Source: Sphingobacteriia bacterium
GTDB lineage: Bacteria; Bacteroidota; Bacteroidia; NS11-12g; UBA9320
DNA length: 64,000 nt
Assembly: GCA_008080835.1 (NCBI GenBank)
Contig: VMDK01000027.1
Coordinates: 1,514 to 65,513, forward strand
Direction: 5' to 3'
Position 1 is the stretch's first letter; the number at the start of each line of letters is the position of its first letter. Below the pieces are notes generated by a model. The model searched no databases. It was not told the origin of the DNA and saw only the letters and a program-made list of their open reading frames with translations. Below are positions 9,906 through 19,328 of this stretch, in pieces. A program made the translations under genes and the position numbers.

Positions 9906-11138
9906 ATGAACAATTGGTTAAACGTAGCAGACGATCACGATTTTTCAGAACACAACCTACCTTTCGGTGTATTCCGGAGCGGAGGTGAATCACATATAGG
10001 AGTGGCGATTGGAGATCATATAATCGATCTCAATATCTATGCATCAGATGGCAATCTCAGTGAAACGAGTTTTGATGCTTCCACTTTGGGCGAAGGAACA
10101 CTCAATGCATTCATGGATTGCGGCAGACCTGCACACAAAGAACTACGAATAAAACTGCAATCCGATCTGGGGAATGAGAATTCTTCCCTGGCCTCCGGTC
10201 GGGATAAGTACCTTGTGGATCGCATAGGTGCGGAAATGGTCATGCCTATCGAGATCGGTGACTACACCGACTTCTACTCCAGTATCGAACACGCAACCAA
10301 CGTTGGAAAAATGTTCCGCCCCGACAATCCGCTACTGCCGAACTGGAAACACATTCCGGTCGGATATCATGGACGTGCCTCATCGATCGTGATGAGTGGT
10401 ACGCCTATTCGTCGTCCTAAAGGTCAACTCATGCCACCAGATGCAGATGCCCCGGTGTTCGGACCTAGCAAGCGCATGGATTTTGAATTGGAGATGGCGT
10501 TCGTGACCTGTAAGGGAAATGCACTAGGAGATACGATCAGCACTGCTGACGCCGAGGATCACATTTTTGGGATGATGGTTTTCAACGACTGGAGCGCGAG
10601 AGATATCCAGAAGTGGGAGTATGTACCACTCGGACCATTCCTTGGAAAGAACTTCGGCTCGACCATTTCACCTTGGATAGTGACCATGGACGCACTGGAT
10701 CCATTTCGAGTGACCGGTCCAAAGCAAGACCCAAAGCCTCTCGAGTATCTGCATTGCGAGAAAGATCATTCATTCGATATAAAGCTTCAGGTTTCCCTGC
10801 AGCCGAAAGATTCTGAATCAACCATCATTTGTCGCTCTAACTACAAGTATATGTACTGGAATCTGGCTCAACAGCTAGCTCATCATACGGTGAATGGCTG
10901 TAACGTGCGTACAGGAGATGTGATGGCCAGTGGTACCATCAGCGGACCACAGAAAGGGAGTTTCGGATCCATGCTGGAAATAAGCTGGAGCGGGAAAGAA
11001 CCGATCACATTGAAAGATGGCAGCACACGTACTTTTATCGAGGACAATGACACCATTCACATGAACGCATGGTGCCAAAAGGATGGGAAACGTGTTGGAT
11101 TCGGAACCTGTAGCGGAGAGATCCTGCCTTCTAATTGA
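9906..11138 (+). CDS. Fumarylacetoacetase (FAH family hydrolase)
   Basis: 410 aa. N-terminal FAH_N-like region (LPFGVFR), C-terminal FAA_hydrolase motifs (DYTDFYSS, GDVMASGTISG). Confidence 0.8.
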   Translation: MNNWLNVADDHDFSEHNLPFGVFRSGGESHIGVAIGDHIIDLNIYASDGNLSETSFDASTLGEGTLNAFMDCGRPAHKELRIKLQSDLGNENSSLASGRDKYLVDRIGAEMVMPIEIGDYTDFYSSIEHATNVGKMFRPDNPLLPNWKHIPVGYHGRASSIVMSGTPIRRPKGQLMPPDADAPVFGPSKRMDFELEMAFVTCKGNALGDTISTADAEDHIFGMMVFNDWSARDIQKWEYVPLGPFLGKNFGSTISPWIVTMDALDPFRVTGPKQDPKPLEYLHCEKDHSFDIKLQVSLQPKDSESTIICRSNYKYMYWNLAQQLAHHTVNGCNVRTGDVMASGTISGPQKGSFGSMLEISWSGKEPITLKDGSTRTFIEDNDTIHMNAWCQKDGKRVGFGTCSGEILPSN

Positions 11139-12776
11139 TCAGTGGTAGTATTTAGCCACCAGAGGCATCTGTCTTCCGATTCCAAATGCTCTATGTGAAA
11201 TGCGGAGGATCGGGCTCCCCTGGAATCGCTTGTATTCGTTCCGGTCGACCATTTTAACCACTTTGCGAACCACTTCTTCTTCGAATCCGAGATCGACGAT
11301 CTCCTTCCAGCCTTTCTGCTCTTCTATATAGTGCATGAGAATAGCATCGAGATATGAATATTCGGGAAGTGAATCGCTGTCCTTTTGATCAGGTCTTAGC
11401 TCCGCAGAAGGTTCCTTCTTGAGGATGGCTTCCGGGATCACTTCTCCATTTCTGTTCATGTATCTGGCTATCGCATAGACCTGCGTTTTGTATAGATCCC
11501 CGATCGGTGAGAATCCACCACACATATCGCCGTAGAGGGTCGAGTAGCCAACTGCTGTTTCGCTCTTGTTACTCGTATTGACCAGGAGAACTCCCAATTT
11601 GTTACTTATGGCCATCAACAGCAACCCACGTCCCCTTGCCTGAATATTCTCCTCGGTCACATCATCGGGCATTCCGTGGAACATCTCTTCGAGCGCTGAA
11701 TCGGCTGAATCCACCAAGCCATTGATGGGTACAATATGATACGGACTACCCAAATTCTCTGCGAGTTGAACTGCATCTTTCACGGAACCTTCCGAAGAGA
11801 ATTTAGAAGGGAGCATCACAGCAGTCACATTCTCGGCACCAAGGGCAACCGCACACAGGGCATGCACCAAGGCGGAATCGATCCCTCCTGAGCTTCCGAT
11901 GAGCGCCTTTTTGAATCCCATTTTCCCGAAATAGTCGCGAATTCCCATCACGATAGCATCGTGGATCAGGTTCTCATCCTCATCGCGAAAATTGTGACTG
12001 TGCGACAACAGCTCTTCGTGTTTGTCGACATCTACTATCTCAAAGTCCTCTTCGAAGTACTCCAGTTCCTCGGCAATGACTCCAGTATTGGTGATAAACA
12101 TGGAGCCTCCATCAAACAGGACATCCGTATGAGCTCCAACCTGGTTAACGTAGATCAATGGCAGATCATACTTCTGTGCATTTCGTACCATTCGACCTTG
12201 TCTGTCCTCCACATGATTGTAGCTGAATGGAGAACCGGAAAGGTTGACCATGAGGTCAGGCTTTTGTTTCATCAGCTCATCCATCGGAGTGGTCGGATAC
12301 ATCTGTGGTGAATCCAGATTCCAGAGATCCTCACAGATCGTAACCGCGATGCGCTTTCCCTTGAACTCGAGGATTTCGACGGAACGAGCCGGTTCGAAAT
12401 ACCGATACTCGTCAAAAATATCATAAGTAGGAAGCAGGGACTTGTTGAACTGTGCCTTGATTTCCCCATCGTGCAGGAATAACGCGGCATTGTACAGCCC
12501 CTTGCCGTCGCTGAGTCCGGACTTTACCGGTGACCCGATCAAAACTCCTATACCTTGCGATGCCTTTGCTACTTCCTTCACTGCTTCTTCACAGCGCTCG
12601 ATGAAGCTCTCGTAGTTGAGCATGTCTTTGGGAATATATCCGCAGATGGACAGTTCACTGAATACGATCAGATCCGCACCCAGGGATCTCGCTCTTCCAA
12701 TGCGATCGATACATTTCGCTGCGTTGCCTGTCAGGTCACCAATGGTGACGTTCATTTGAGCGAGAGCTATTTGCAT
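11139..12776 (-). CDS. nadE: Glutamine-dependent NAD+ synthetase
   Basis: 545 aa. N-terminal nitrilase/CN-hydrolase domain (MQIALAQMN... FSELSICGY) fused to an NAD-synthase PP-loop domain (LIGSSGGIDSAL). Confidence 0.9.
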   Translation of the reverse strand: MQIALAQMNVTIGDLTGNAAKCIDRIGRARSLGADLIVFSELSICGYIPKDMLNYESFIERCEEAVKEVAKASQGIGVLIGSPVKSGLSDGKGLYNAALFLHDGEIKAQFNKSLLPTYDIFDEYRYFEPARSVEILEFKGKRIAVTICEDLWNLDSPQMYPTTPMDELMKQKPDLMVNLSGSPFSYNHVEDRQGRMVRNAQKYDLPLIYVNQVGAHTDVLFDGGSMFITNTGVIAEELEYFEEDFEIVDVDKHEELLSHSHNFRDEDENLIHDAIVMGIRDYFGKMGFKKALIGSSGGIDSALVHALCAVALGAENVTAVMLPSKFSSEGSVKDAVQLAENLGSPYHIVPINGLVDSADSALEEMFHGMPDDVTEENIQARGRGLLLMAISNKLGVLLVNTSNKSETAVGYSTLYGDMCGGFSPIGDLYKTQVYAIARYMNRNGEVIPEAILKKEPSAELRPDQKDSDSLPEYSYLDAILMHYIEEQKGWKEIVDLGFEEEVVRKVVKMVDRNEYKRFQGSPILRISHRAFGIGRQMPLVAKYYH

Positions 12777-12786
12777 AGGAACCGTA

Positions 12787-13512
12787 TCAGAAGAATACGC
12801 CGGTAGTGATGCTTGCGTAATTCAGCCTTGCGTTCGAAACATCGTCTCTGACGAGGAAGTTCGTAAAGCCATTGTCGATGCGTAATCCAACATGTAGTTG
12901 CGCATCACCTGCAAGTTGATAGTTGAAACCACCACCGATGATGAGCGGTAACCGCATTGGGAATACCTTATCGTCGAAATTGGCAAAATGGTATTCATCA
13001 GCGGCTTTGTGGTTAACACGGATGTCATCTGTGTTTTCCGGATAGCCATCAATGAGTGGACCTCCTACATCGGCACGAGCTCCAAGCAAAATACTCGGGG
13101 CCAATCCGAATTGAGCCCAGTATGACATATAACCGACTTGCTTCGTATGGAATTTGATCGAGATCGGTATCTGTAAATACTGAAACCGATAATCGTAAGT
13201 CACATTGTCATATCCTTTCCCCAAATAGATCAGCGAATCAAGATGTTCGATACCACCAGCGAGATGCGTAATAAGGATCTCTGCATTCACGGAGTAGTTA
13301 TCCGAAAAGAAAAAGTCACCCATTACACCATAACTATACCCGAATCCCGTTCCATTTTGAGCAATGTTACTTGATTGTGGAGAGATCCAGCTGATATTAC
13401 CGCTGAATTTCATCCCAAATTTGAAGCGATCTTCCTGAGCTTGGGATGTTAAGGAAAACACAACCAGTAGCACTGTGCTTAAAAAGAACCGGTATAGCTT
13501 GGTGAACTTCAT
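12787..13512 (-). CDS. Outer-membrane beta-barrel protein (porin/OmpA-like beta-barrel family)
   Basis: The ATG at 13512 gives a signal peptide MKFTKLYRFFLSTVLLVVFSLTSQAQ. Alternating amphipathic strands and a C-terminal ...GVFF. The longer ORF extending to 13644 has no signal-peptide logic. Confidence 0.55.
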   Translation of the reverse strand: MKFTKLYRFFLSTVLLVVFSLTSQAQEDRFKFGMKFSGNISWISPQSSNIAQNGTGFGYSYGVMGDFFFSDNYSVNAEILITHLAGGIEHLDSLIYLGKGYDNVTYDYRFQYLQIPISIKFHTKQVGYMSYWAQFGLAPSILLGARADVGGPLIDGYPENTDDIRVNHKAADEYHFANFDDKVFPMRLPLIIGGGFNYQLAGDAQLHVGLRIDNGFTNFLVRDDVSNARLNYASITTGVFF

Positions 13513-13519
13513 AATTTTG
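13512..13519 (+). promoter_or_regulatory. Putative -7 element TAATTTTG upstream of the GldB-like gene
   Basis: TAnnTTTG consensus 22 nt upstream of the ATG at 13541. Confidence 0.25.
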
Positions 13520-13540
13520 CGACCGTTGATTTGAACAAAA

Positions 13541-14593
13541 ATGCATAAAAAAACGCATAAAACACGGCTGACAGTCCTCATTTGCTGCCTGCTAGTAGCT
13601 ACAATTTCCTTGCAGTCATGTAAGGACAGCAACAGACACGTCAAAGACTTGAGCGGTCATCAGATCGAACTGGACATCAAACGTACGGAAGGCTCCGTCT
13701 TTGCGCTTAAGAACATTCCTGACGTTATGGAGTGGGCGCAGCACGACACTGTATTTTCGCTGGTGTACATGAATGGGATCATGCAGGATATCACCGGAGG
13801 ATATATGCGCACCAAGGAACAGAATGCCGAGGCATTGCTCCAATTCGTGCAAAATGGGGACATGCGTCATTTGTACCGAACGGTCGACAGCACATTTCAC
13901 GATTTTGACGATATCGAAGATCGATTGAATAACGCCTTCAGCTATTTCAACTATCACTTCGATGACAGTAATATCCCCAAGATCTACACGTTCGTTAGTC
14001 CGTTCTATTACAATACGGTCACATTTGGGAACAATCTGGGAATTGGACTGGATATGTACCTCGGCCCCACATTTGATCCATATTATACTCCGGGACTGAA
14101 TTTTCCGCAGTACAAGATCAACAAGTTCCGAAAGAGCTCGATCGTGGCAGATGCGGTAAAATCCTGGTTGATGTCGGTTTTCCCGAAAAATGACGAGGAT
14201 CGACGACTGATCAGCGAAATGCTATATGAAGGAAAGATCCTGTATGCCATGGACGCTTTGCTGCCTCATGAAGCTGATTCCATCAAGATCGGGTACGAGA
14301 AAGGACAGATCGAATGGTGTGGCGAAAATGAGCTACAAGTTTGGGATCACCTGATCGCGGAGGAATTATTGTATTCCCGGGATCAGCTGAAATATCGAGG
14401 AGTGCTCGGTGATGGGCCCTTCTCCAAAGGAGTTAATGTGCCTCAGGAAAGTAGTCCACGGATGGCGGTATGGACCGGTTGGCAGATCGTTCGGAGATAT
14501 ATGGAACTCCACCCAGAGCTCACTCTTCGCGATCTCATGCGGGATACGGATTACGATAAGATCCTCCGAAAGAGCGCCTACAAACCCGGTTGA
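13541..14593 (+). CDS. Lipoprotein, GldB-like (candidate gliding-motility lipoprotein)
   Basis: Lipoprotein signal with Cys (LVATISLQSC). About 350 aa, aromatic-rich. Size and lipoprotein character resemble Flavobacterium GldB. The assignment is from recollection, not from a search. Confidence 0.35.
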   Translation: MHKKTHKTRLTVLICCLLVATISLQSCKDSNRHVKDLSGHQIELDIKRTEGSVFALKNIPDVMEWAQHDTVFSLVYMNGIMQDITGGYMRTKEQNAEALLQFVQNGDMRHLYRTVDSTFHDFDDIEDRLNNAFSYFNYHFDDSNIPKIYTFVSPFYYNTVTFGNNLGIGLDMYLGPTFDPYYTPGLNFPQYKINKFRKSSIVADAVKSWLMSVFPKNDEDRRLISEMLYEGKILYAMDALLPHEADSIKIGYEKGQIEWCGENELQVWDHLIAEELLYSRDQLKYRGVLGDGPFSKGVNVPQESSPRMAVWTGWQIVRRYMELHPELTLRDLMRDTDYDKILRKSAYKPG

Positions 14594-15459
14594 TCACCTG
14601 TGGTCAGATAGGGCAAGAGCTTCGCGATAGCATCCGGCTTCCACGAATAGAGTTCATGAAGCTCTGTTACTGCTGAGAATACACCGTGCACATTTCGATA
14701 CTTCACTAACGAACCCGCCATTTGGTAGGAAATATAGGGATGTCGTTGAAGTTCTTCCCGTGTGGCCTCATTGATGTTGATCATTTGCACCTCGCTCTTA
14801 AGTTCGAATTTTTCAAGGACGCTTTCCACCACCGCGGAATCGAGCCCATATACTTCTGAAAGCTGGTCCAGGGAGGCAAACCCTCCCAGCGCATTTCGAA
14901 ATTTCAATATTCGGCCTGCGAGCACCTCTCCGATCCCACGGACCATTGTCAAATCAGACAACTCGGCTTGGTTAAGGTCTGTATTGGGCACTTTAACCAG
15001 AGGAAGTTCCCGACGTATGGGAGCATGACGAAATCGGAGATGAGGTCTCAAGGCTTGGTACATTCCTGTATCGTCCGCACACAGCCGTTGAAAATATGAC
15101 TCGTTCTCGATATAACCGTCGTCGCGCTTGAATTGCAGGATCCTATCGATCCATATCTCGGGGAAATGGAGTCCGTACATCTTCCTCGCGCTCAGGTAAT
15201 TGGGATCAAAGTGCTCTGGGATCTGCGGAGCGCTCCGCGCCTCGATGCGCTGCTCGAATTTCTTCACCCGGATGACTCCGGTGGAATCGGCCGCCGGCGT
15301 AAATCGCCCTTGCCGCGAAGGCAATTTATCCATGTACACAGATACGTCGTAAAACGTGCGCTTCTCAGGTAAAGAGCGGACCACTATCAGAGTGATCAGT
15401 CCCAGGAATAAAATGAAGTACCCTCGTTGTTCAGAAGGTGAAAGTTGGAATGGCTTCAT
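14578..15459 (-). CDS. Helix-hairpin-helix DNA-binding protein, ComEA-like, with N-terminal TM anchor
   Basis: TM helix near the N-terminus. Two HhH-type segments (LTMVRGIGEVLAGRI and LQRHPYISYQMAGSLV) typical of ComEA. Confidence 0.55.
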   Translation of the reverse strand: MKPFQLSPSEQRGYFILFLGLITLIVVRSLPEKRTFYDVSVYMDKLPSRQGRFTPAADSTGVIRVKKFEQRIEARSAPQIPEHFDPNYLSARKMYGLHFPEIWIDRILQFKRDDGYIENESYFQRLCADDTGMYQALRPHLRFRHAPIRRELPLVKVPNTDLNQAELSDLTMVRGIGEVLAGRILKFRNALGGFASLDQLSEVYGLDSAVVESVLEKFELKSEVQMININEATREELQRHPYISYQMAGSLVKYRNVHGVFSAVTELHELYSWKPDAIAKLLPYLTTGDQPGL

Positions 15460-15516
15460 AACACGATCTCATTGGATCATGCTTCAAGCCTTCAGGTGTG
15501 CGTTCGAAGTTCGGGA

Positions 15517-16767
15517 TCAGAGCTCAGCTTCTACCCCGTCGAATGCTTTTTTATACTCTCCGCTTTGTAATTTCTGTTGAACGTCGCGGAATGCAGTGAT
15601 CGTTTCATTCACATCCTCCATGGTATGAACCGCAGTAGGAATGAGACGAAGCATGATCACGCCTTTTGGCACGACCGGGTACACTACGATAGAACAGAAA
15701 ATGCTGAAGTTCTCACGAAGGTCCTTCGTCAGGTTCATCGCTTCTTCAACCGTTCCGTTCAGGATCACCGGAGTTACACAAGATGCGGTAGTTCCGATAT
15801 TGAATCCGGCATCTTTCAAACCTGACTGAAGTGCATTCACCACTTTCCAAAGGTTTCCTTTCAATTCCGGACGAGTTTGGAGCAATTCCAATCGCTTGAG
15901 CGCACCGATCACCAATGGCATAGGAAGCGACTTCGCGAAGATCTGAGAGCGCATGTTGTAGCGCAGATAATCAATGATATTCTTGTCACCTGAAACGAAG
16001 GCACCAATGCTGGCCATGGATTTTGCGAAGGTGGAGAAATACAGATCGATCTGATCTTGTACTCCTTGCTCCTCTCCAGTACCTGCACCGGTCTCACCCA
16101 AAGTCCCGAATCCATGCGCATCGTCCACGAACAAGCGGAATTCGAATTTTTCTTTCAGTGCCACTACATTCTTCAGATCACCTTGGTTACCTGACATCCC
16201 GAAAACTCCTTCCGTGATGACCAGGATAGCTCCACCTGTTTGCTCGGCCATTCGAGTGGCACGCTCCAGTTGTTTCTCCAGATTGGCGATGTCGTTGTGT
16301 GCATATACGAAGCGCTTACCTTGATGCAAGCGAACACCGTCTATGATACATGCATGTGATTCGGCATCGTACACGATAATGTCCCTGCGGTCGACCAAAG
16401 CATCGATCGCCGACAGAACTCCCTGATATCCGAAATTCAGGAGTATGGTAGACTCCTTCTTCACGAAATCGCTCAGCTTTTGCTCGAGCTCTTCGTGTTT
16501 GTTGGTGTTACCCGACATCATTCTCGCACCCATCGGATAGCCCAGACCGTATTCAGCAGCTGCTTCTGCATCGACTTTGCGTACCTCGGGATGATTACAA
16601 AGACCCAGATAGTTATTCAAACTCCAGGTCAACATTTTCTTACCGCGAAAAACCATGCGCGGTGCGATCTCGCCTTCCAGCTTGGGAAATGTGTAATACC
16701 CGTGTGCTTGTCCGGCTCTGGCGCCCAGTGGGCCCATGTTCGATGTTACTTTTTCGAATAGATCCAT
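15517..16767 (-). CDS. PLP-dependent alpha-oxoamine synthase family acyltransferase (Kbl/BioF/Spt/cysteate-acyltransferase-like)
   Basis: 416 aa. WSLNNYLGL, DDAHGFG, and a PLP-lysine region FSTFAKSMASIGAFV, consistent with class-II aminotransferase fold-type I AOS enzymes. No tdh or bio genes adjacent. Confidence 0.75.
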   Translation of the reverse strand: MDLFEKVTSNMGPLGARAGQAHGYYTFPKLEGEIAPRMVFRGKKMLTWSLNNYLGLCNHPEVRKVDAEAAAEYGLGYPMGARMMSGNTNKHEELEQKLSDFVKKESTILLNFGYQGVLSAIDALVDRRDIIVYDAESHACIIDGVRLHQGKRFVYAHNDIANLEKQLERATRMAEQTGGAILVITEGVFGMSGNQGDLKNVVALKEKFEFRLFVDDAHGFGTLGETGAGTGEEQGVQDQIDLYFSTFAKSMASIGAFVSGDKNIIDYLRYNMRSQIFAKSLPMPLVIGALKRLELLQTRPELKGNLWKVVNALQSGLKDAGFNIGTTASCVTPVILNGTVEEAMNLTKDLRENFSIFCSIVVYPVVPKGVIMLRLIPTAVHTMEDVNETITAFRDVQQKLQSGEYKKAFDGVEAEL

Positions 16768-16888
16768 GAGTGGCTAAAAGTTTCGGCAAAGGTAGATAAG
16801 AGAAAATAGACCGCCAATTAAAACTGCGCTGCTTATCAACCGACTTCACACGTCCCGTAACATTCTGTCATTCCCTGCGTTGTAGGTG

Positions 16889-16919
16889 TTGCCGGGGAAC
16901 AATTAAACATCTAACTTTG
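16889..16919 (+). promoter_or_regulatory. Putative Bacteroidetes sigma-A promoter for bamD (-33 TTG, 20-nt spacer, -7 TAACTTTG)
   Basis: TTG at 16889-16891 and TAACTTTG at 16912-16919, matching the Bacteroides TTTG/TAnnTTTG consensus and spacing. ATG at 16933. Confidence 0.35.
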
Positions 16920-16932
16920 CAGACTTTTTAAA

Positions 16933-17781
16933 ATGCAGCAAGTGCGCATATTCCTTACTATCTGTACAGCTATTATCCTCCTGAGTGGTTGCGAATACCA
17001 GAAACTACTCAAGAAGGGCTCCAACGAGGATAAACTCGAGGGTGCAATGCAGTACTATAATAAAGGAGATTACAATCGTGCGCAGCCTTTGCTCGAGGAT
17101 CTGATCGGAGCTTTCCGTGAGCGTGAGAAAGCTGAGCAGGTGTATTTCTACTATGCGTACACCTTCTACAGCATGAACGACCACCTGTTGGCAGGTCACC
17201 ACTTCAAGCGCTTTTCGGAGACTTACCGATCGAGTAAGTATCGGGAAGAAGCCACTTTCATGTTTGCGAAATGCGCGTATCACAACACATTGCCATACAA
17301 ACTTGATCAGACAAGTACCAAAAAGGCCATTGAGCAGATCCAGCTATTTGTGAACCAATACTCGGAGAGCGAATTCATTCCTGAATGTAATAAGCTCATC
17401 GACGAGTTGCGTGCCAAGTTGCATCAAAAGGCTTACGAGCAGGCTATGATGTACTACAACATGGCAGATTATCGCTCTGCGGTGATCAGTTTCAAGAATG
17501 CCGTTCTTGATTTCCCCGACATACCTGAACTTGCCGAGATCAACTATTTGACCGTAGAATCATCCTTGAAATACGCGGAGAAAAGTATCCGAAAGGTTCA
17601 GGAAGAGCGATATTCGAATACGGTTGCCGAGTGCAAGGACTATTACGCTGCCAATCCAAAAGGCACTGATTACTACATGAAGGTGCAGCGAATTGAAGAG
17701 TTGGCCACGAACCGCCTCGAGGCACTGAAAACCAACACGACCAACGAAGACGAGAAACCGCTGGAAACCAGCATGAAATAA
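16933..17781 (+). CDS. bamD: Outer membrane protein assembly factor BamD (TPR lipoprotein)
   Basis: Lipoprotein signal (LLSGC). TPR-like repeats (YYNKGDYNRA..., YYNMADYRSA...). Sits immediately upstream of rpoZ-coaBC as in other Bacteroidetes. Confidence 0.7.
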   Translation: MQQVRIFLTICTAIILLSGCEYQKLLKKGSNEDKLEGAMQYYNKGDYNRAQPLLEDLIGAFREREKAEQVYFYYAYTFYSMNDHLLAGHHFKRFSETYRSSKYREEATFMFAKCAYHNTLPYKLDQTSTKKAIEQIQLFVNQYSESEFIPECNKLIDELRAKLHQKAYEQAMMYYNMADYRSAVISFKNAVLDFPDIPELAEINYLTVESSLKYAEKSIRKVQEERYSNTVAECKDYYAANPKGTDYYMKVQRIEELATNRLEALKTNTTNEDEKPLETSMK

Positions 17782-17806
17782 ATCATCAATTAGAGTATAT
17801 ACTGTT

Positions 17807-18136
17807 ATGAATAAATACATCGATGCCCCAGACACTACTGTTCCAAGAGACACACGTGATCTTGACCAACCTACAGAGAATTTGTACGAATCGGTAGTAG
17901 TTGTTTCGAAAAGAGCGAATCAGATCGCAGCTCAGATGAAGGAAGAACTTCATGCCAAGCTTGAAGAGTTTGCTTCAGAAACCGACAATCTGGAGGAGAT
18001 CTTTGAGAATCGCGAGCAGATCGAGATCTCTAAGTACTACGAGTCATTGCCTAAACCAACATTGCTGGCAACGGAGGAGTTTCTGGAAGACAAAGTCTAT
18101 TTCAGAAATCCAGCCAAAGATGAGGCTGAGCAATAG
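17807..18136 (+). CDS. rpoZ: DNA-directed RNA polymerase subunit omega (Bacteroidetes type)
   Basis: 109 aa. Core NLYESVVVVSKRANQIAAQ matches the RpoZ fold. Overlaps the coaBC start by 17 nt. Confidence 0.65.
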   Translation: MNKYIDAPDTTVPRDTRDLDQPTENLYESVVVVSKRANQIAAQMKEELHAKLEEFASETDNLEEIFENREQIEISKYYESLPKPTLLATEEFLEDKVYFRNPAKDEAEQ

Positions 18137-19316
18137 ACGTATTCTACTGGGAGTAAGCGGCAGTATCGCTGCTTATAAATCAGTTTTTCTTACCCGCCTG
18201 CTGGTAAAGGAAGGTGCCGAAGTCCAGGTAGTCATGACCGACGCCGCCAAAGACTTCGTAGGCCCGCTTTCATTCTCTACTTTGAGCAAGAATGAGGTGT
18301 ACTCGGAATATTTCGACAAAGAATCCGGGGCCTGGGCTAATCACGTCGATTTGGGTGAATGGCCTGACCTCATGTTGATCGCACCCGCCACAGCCAACAC
18401 TATCGCCAAGATGTGTCACGGCATTTGTGACAACCTGTTACAAGCTACTTTTCTATCATCCCGAGCACCGGTGATGATCGCTCCTGCGATGGACCTGGAG
18501 ATGTATGAGCACGCCAGTCTAACCGAAAACCTTGAGACCCTCCGCTCACGTGGCGTATTAATATGCGATGCCGAGGAAGGTGAGCTAGCAAGTGGCTTGA
18601 GCGGGAAAGGGCGGATGGCAGAACCGGAACACATCCTGGATGCCGTAGTGAACGTTTTAAATAACGGACCACTATCGGGAAAAAGATTTCTGGTGAACGC
18701 CGGACCTACCTATGAAGCCATTGATCCTGTCCGTTTCATTGGCAATCGATCGACCGGCAAAATGGGCATCAGTATTGCCAACGAATTGTGTAAAAGAGGA
18801 GCCCAAGTGGATCTGGTCCTTGGGCCGAGTAAGATCACTTCCATCGATCACAAGATCCGTGTTCACCATGTGGAAAGCGCTGCGGAGATGTTCGATAAAT
18901 GTATAGAGATATTCCCGCAAACCGAAGCTGCAATACTCAGTGCAGCCGTGGCTGATTTTACTCCATCCAGTGTTTCTGATCAAAAGATCAAGAAGGGAGA
19001 TAACGACATGCAGCTCGGGCTGACAAGAACAAAAGATATTCTGTCTACCCTGGGTGAGATGAAAGAGGAACGAATATTGGTGGGATTTGCCATGGAGACC
19101 AATGACGAGGAAGCCAATGCGATCTCAAAACTCGAACGAAAAAACGCCGATATGATCGTCCTCAACTCACTGCGTGAAAAAGGAGCGGGATTCGGTGAAC
19201 AAACCAATAAGGTGCGTATGTTCGTCAAAAAAGGGAAATCATTCGACACAGAAGTGAAGAGTAAAGAGGCTATTGCATCAGATATTGTCGACAAAGTCGT
19301 TGAACTCTTGAATTAA
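18120..19316 (+). CDS. coaBC: Bifunctional phosphopantothenoylcysteine decarboxylase / phosphopantothenate-cysteine ligase
   Basis: The ATG at 18120 gives MRLSNRRILLGVSGSIAAYK (flavoprotein domain). C-terminal DFP ligase domain (GPTYEAIDPVRFIGNRSTGKMG). The longer ORF starting at 17952 is probably upstream read-through. Confidence 0.9.
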   Translation: MRLSNRRILLGVSGSIAAYKSVFLTRLLVKEGAEVQVVMTDAAKDFVGPLSFSTLSKNEVYSEYFDKESGAWANHVDLGEWPDLMLIAPATANTIAKMCHGICDNLLQATFLSSRAPVMIAPAMDLEMYEHASLTENLETLRSRGVLICDAEEGELASGLSGKGRMAEPEHILDAVVNVLNNGPLSGKRFLVNAGPTYEAIDPVRFIGNRSTGKMGISIANELCKRGAQVDLVLGPSKITSIDHKIRVHHVESAAEMFDKCIEIFPQTEAAILSAAVADFTPSSVSDQKIKKGDNDMQLGLTRTKDILSTLGEMKEERILVGFAMETNDEEANAISKLERKNADMIVLNSLREKGAGFGEQTNKVRMFVKKGKSFDTEVKSKEAIASDIVDKVVELLN

Positions 19317-19328
19317 ATTTGTGCCTTC

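Noticed and set aside
12787-13644. Longer 285-aa version of the OMP ORF starting at 13644
   Set aside because: Only the internal ATG at 13512 yields a signal peptide (MKFTKLYRFF...). The upstream extension has no secretion logic and would overlap the GldB-like gene's promoter.
17952-18119. Upstream extension of coaBC (ORF from 17952)
   Set aside because: The extension overlaps rpoZ in another frame and lacks flavoprotein-domain sequence. The ATG at 18120 gives the canonical N-terminus.
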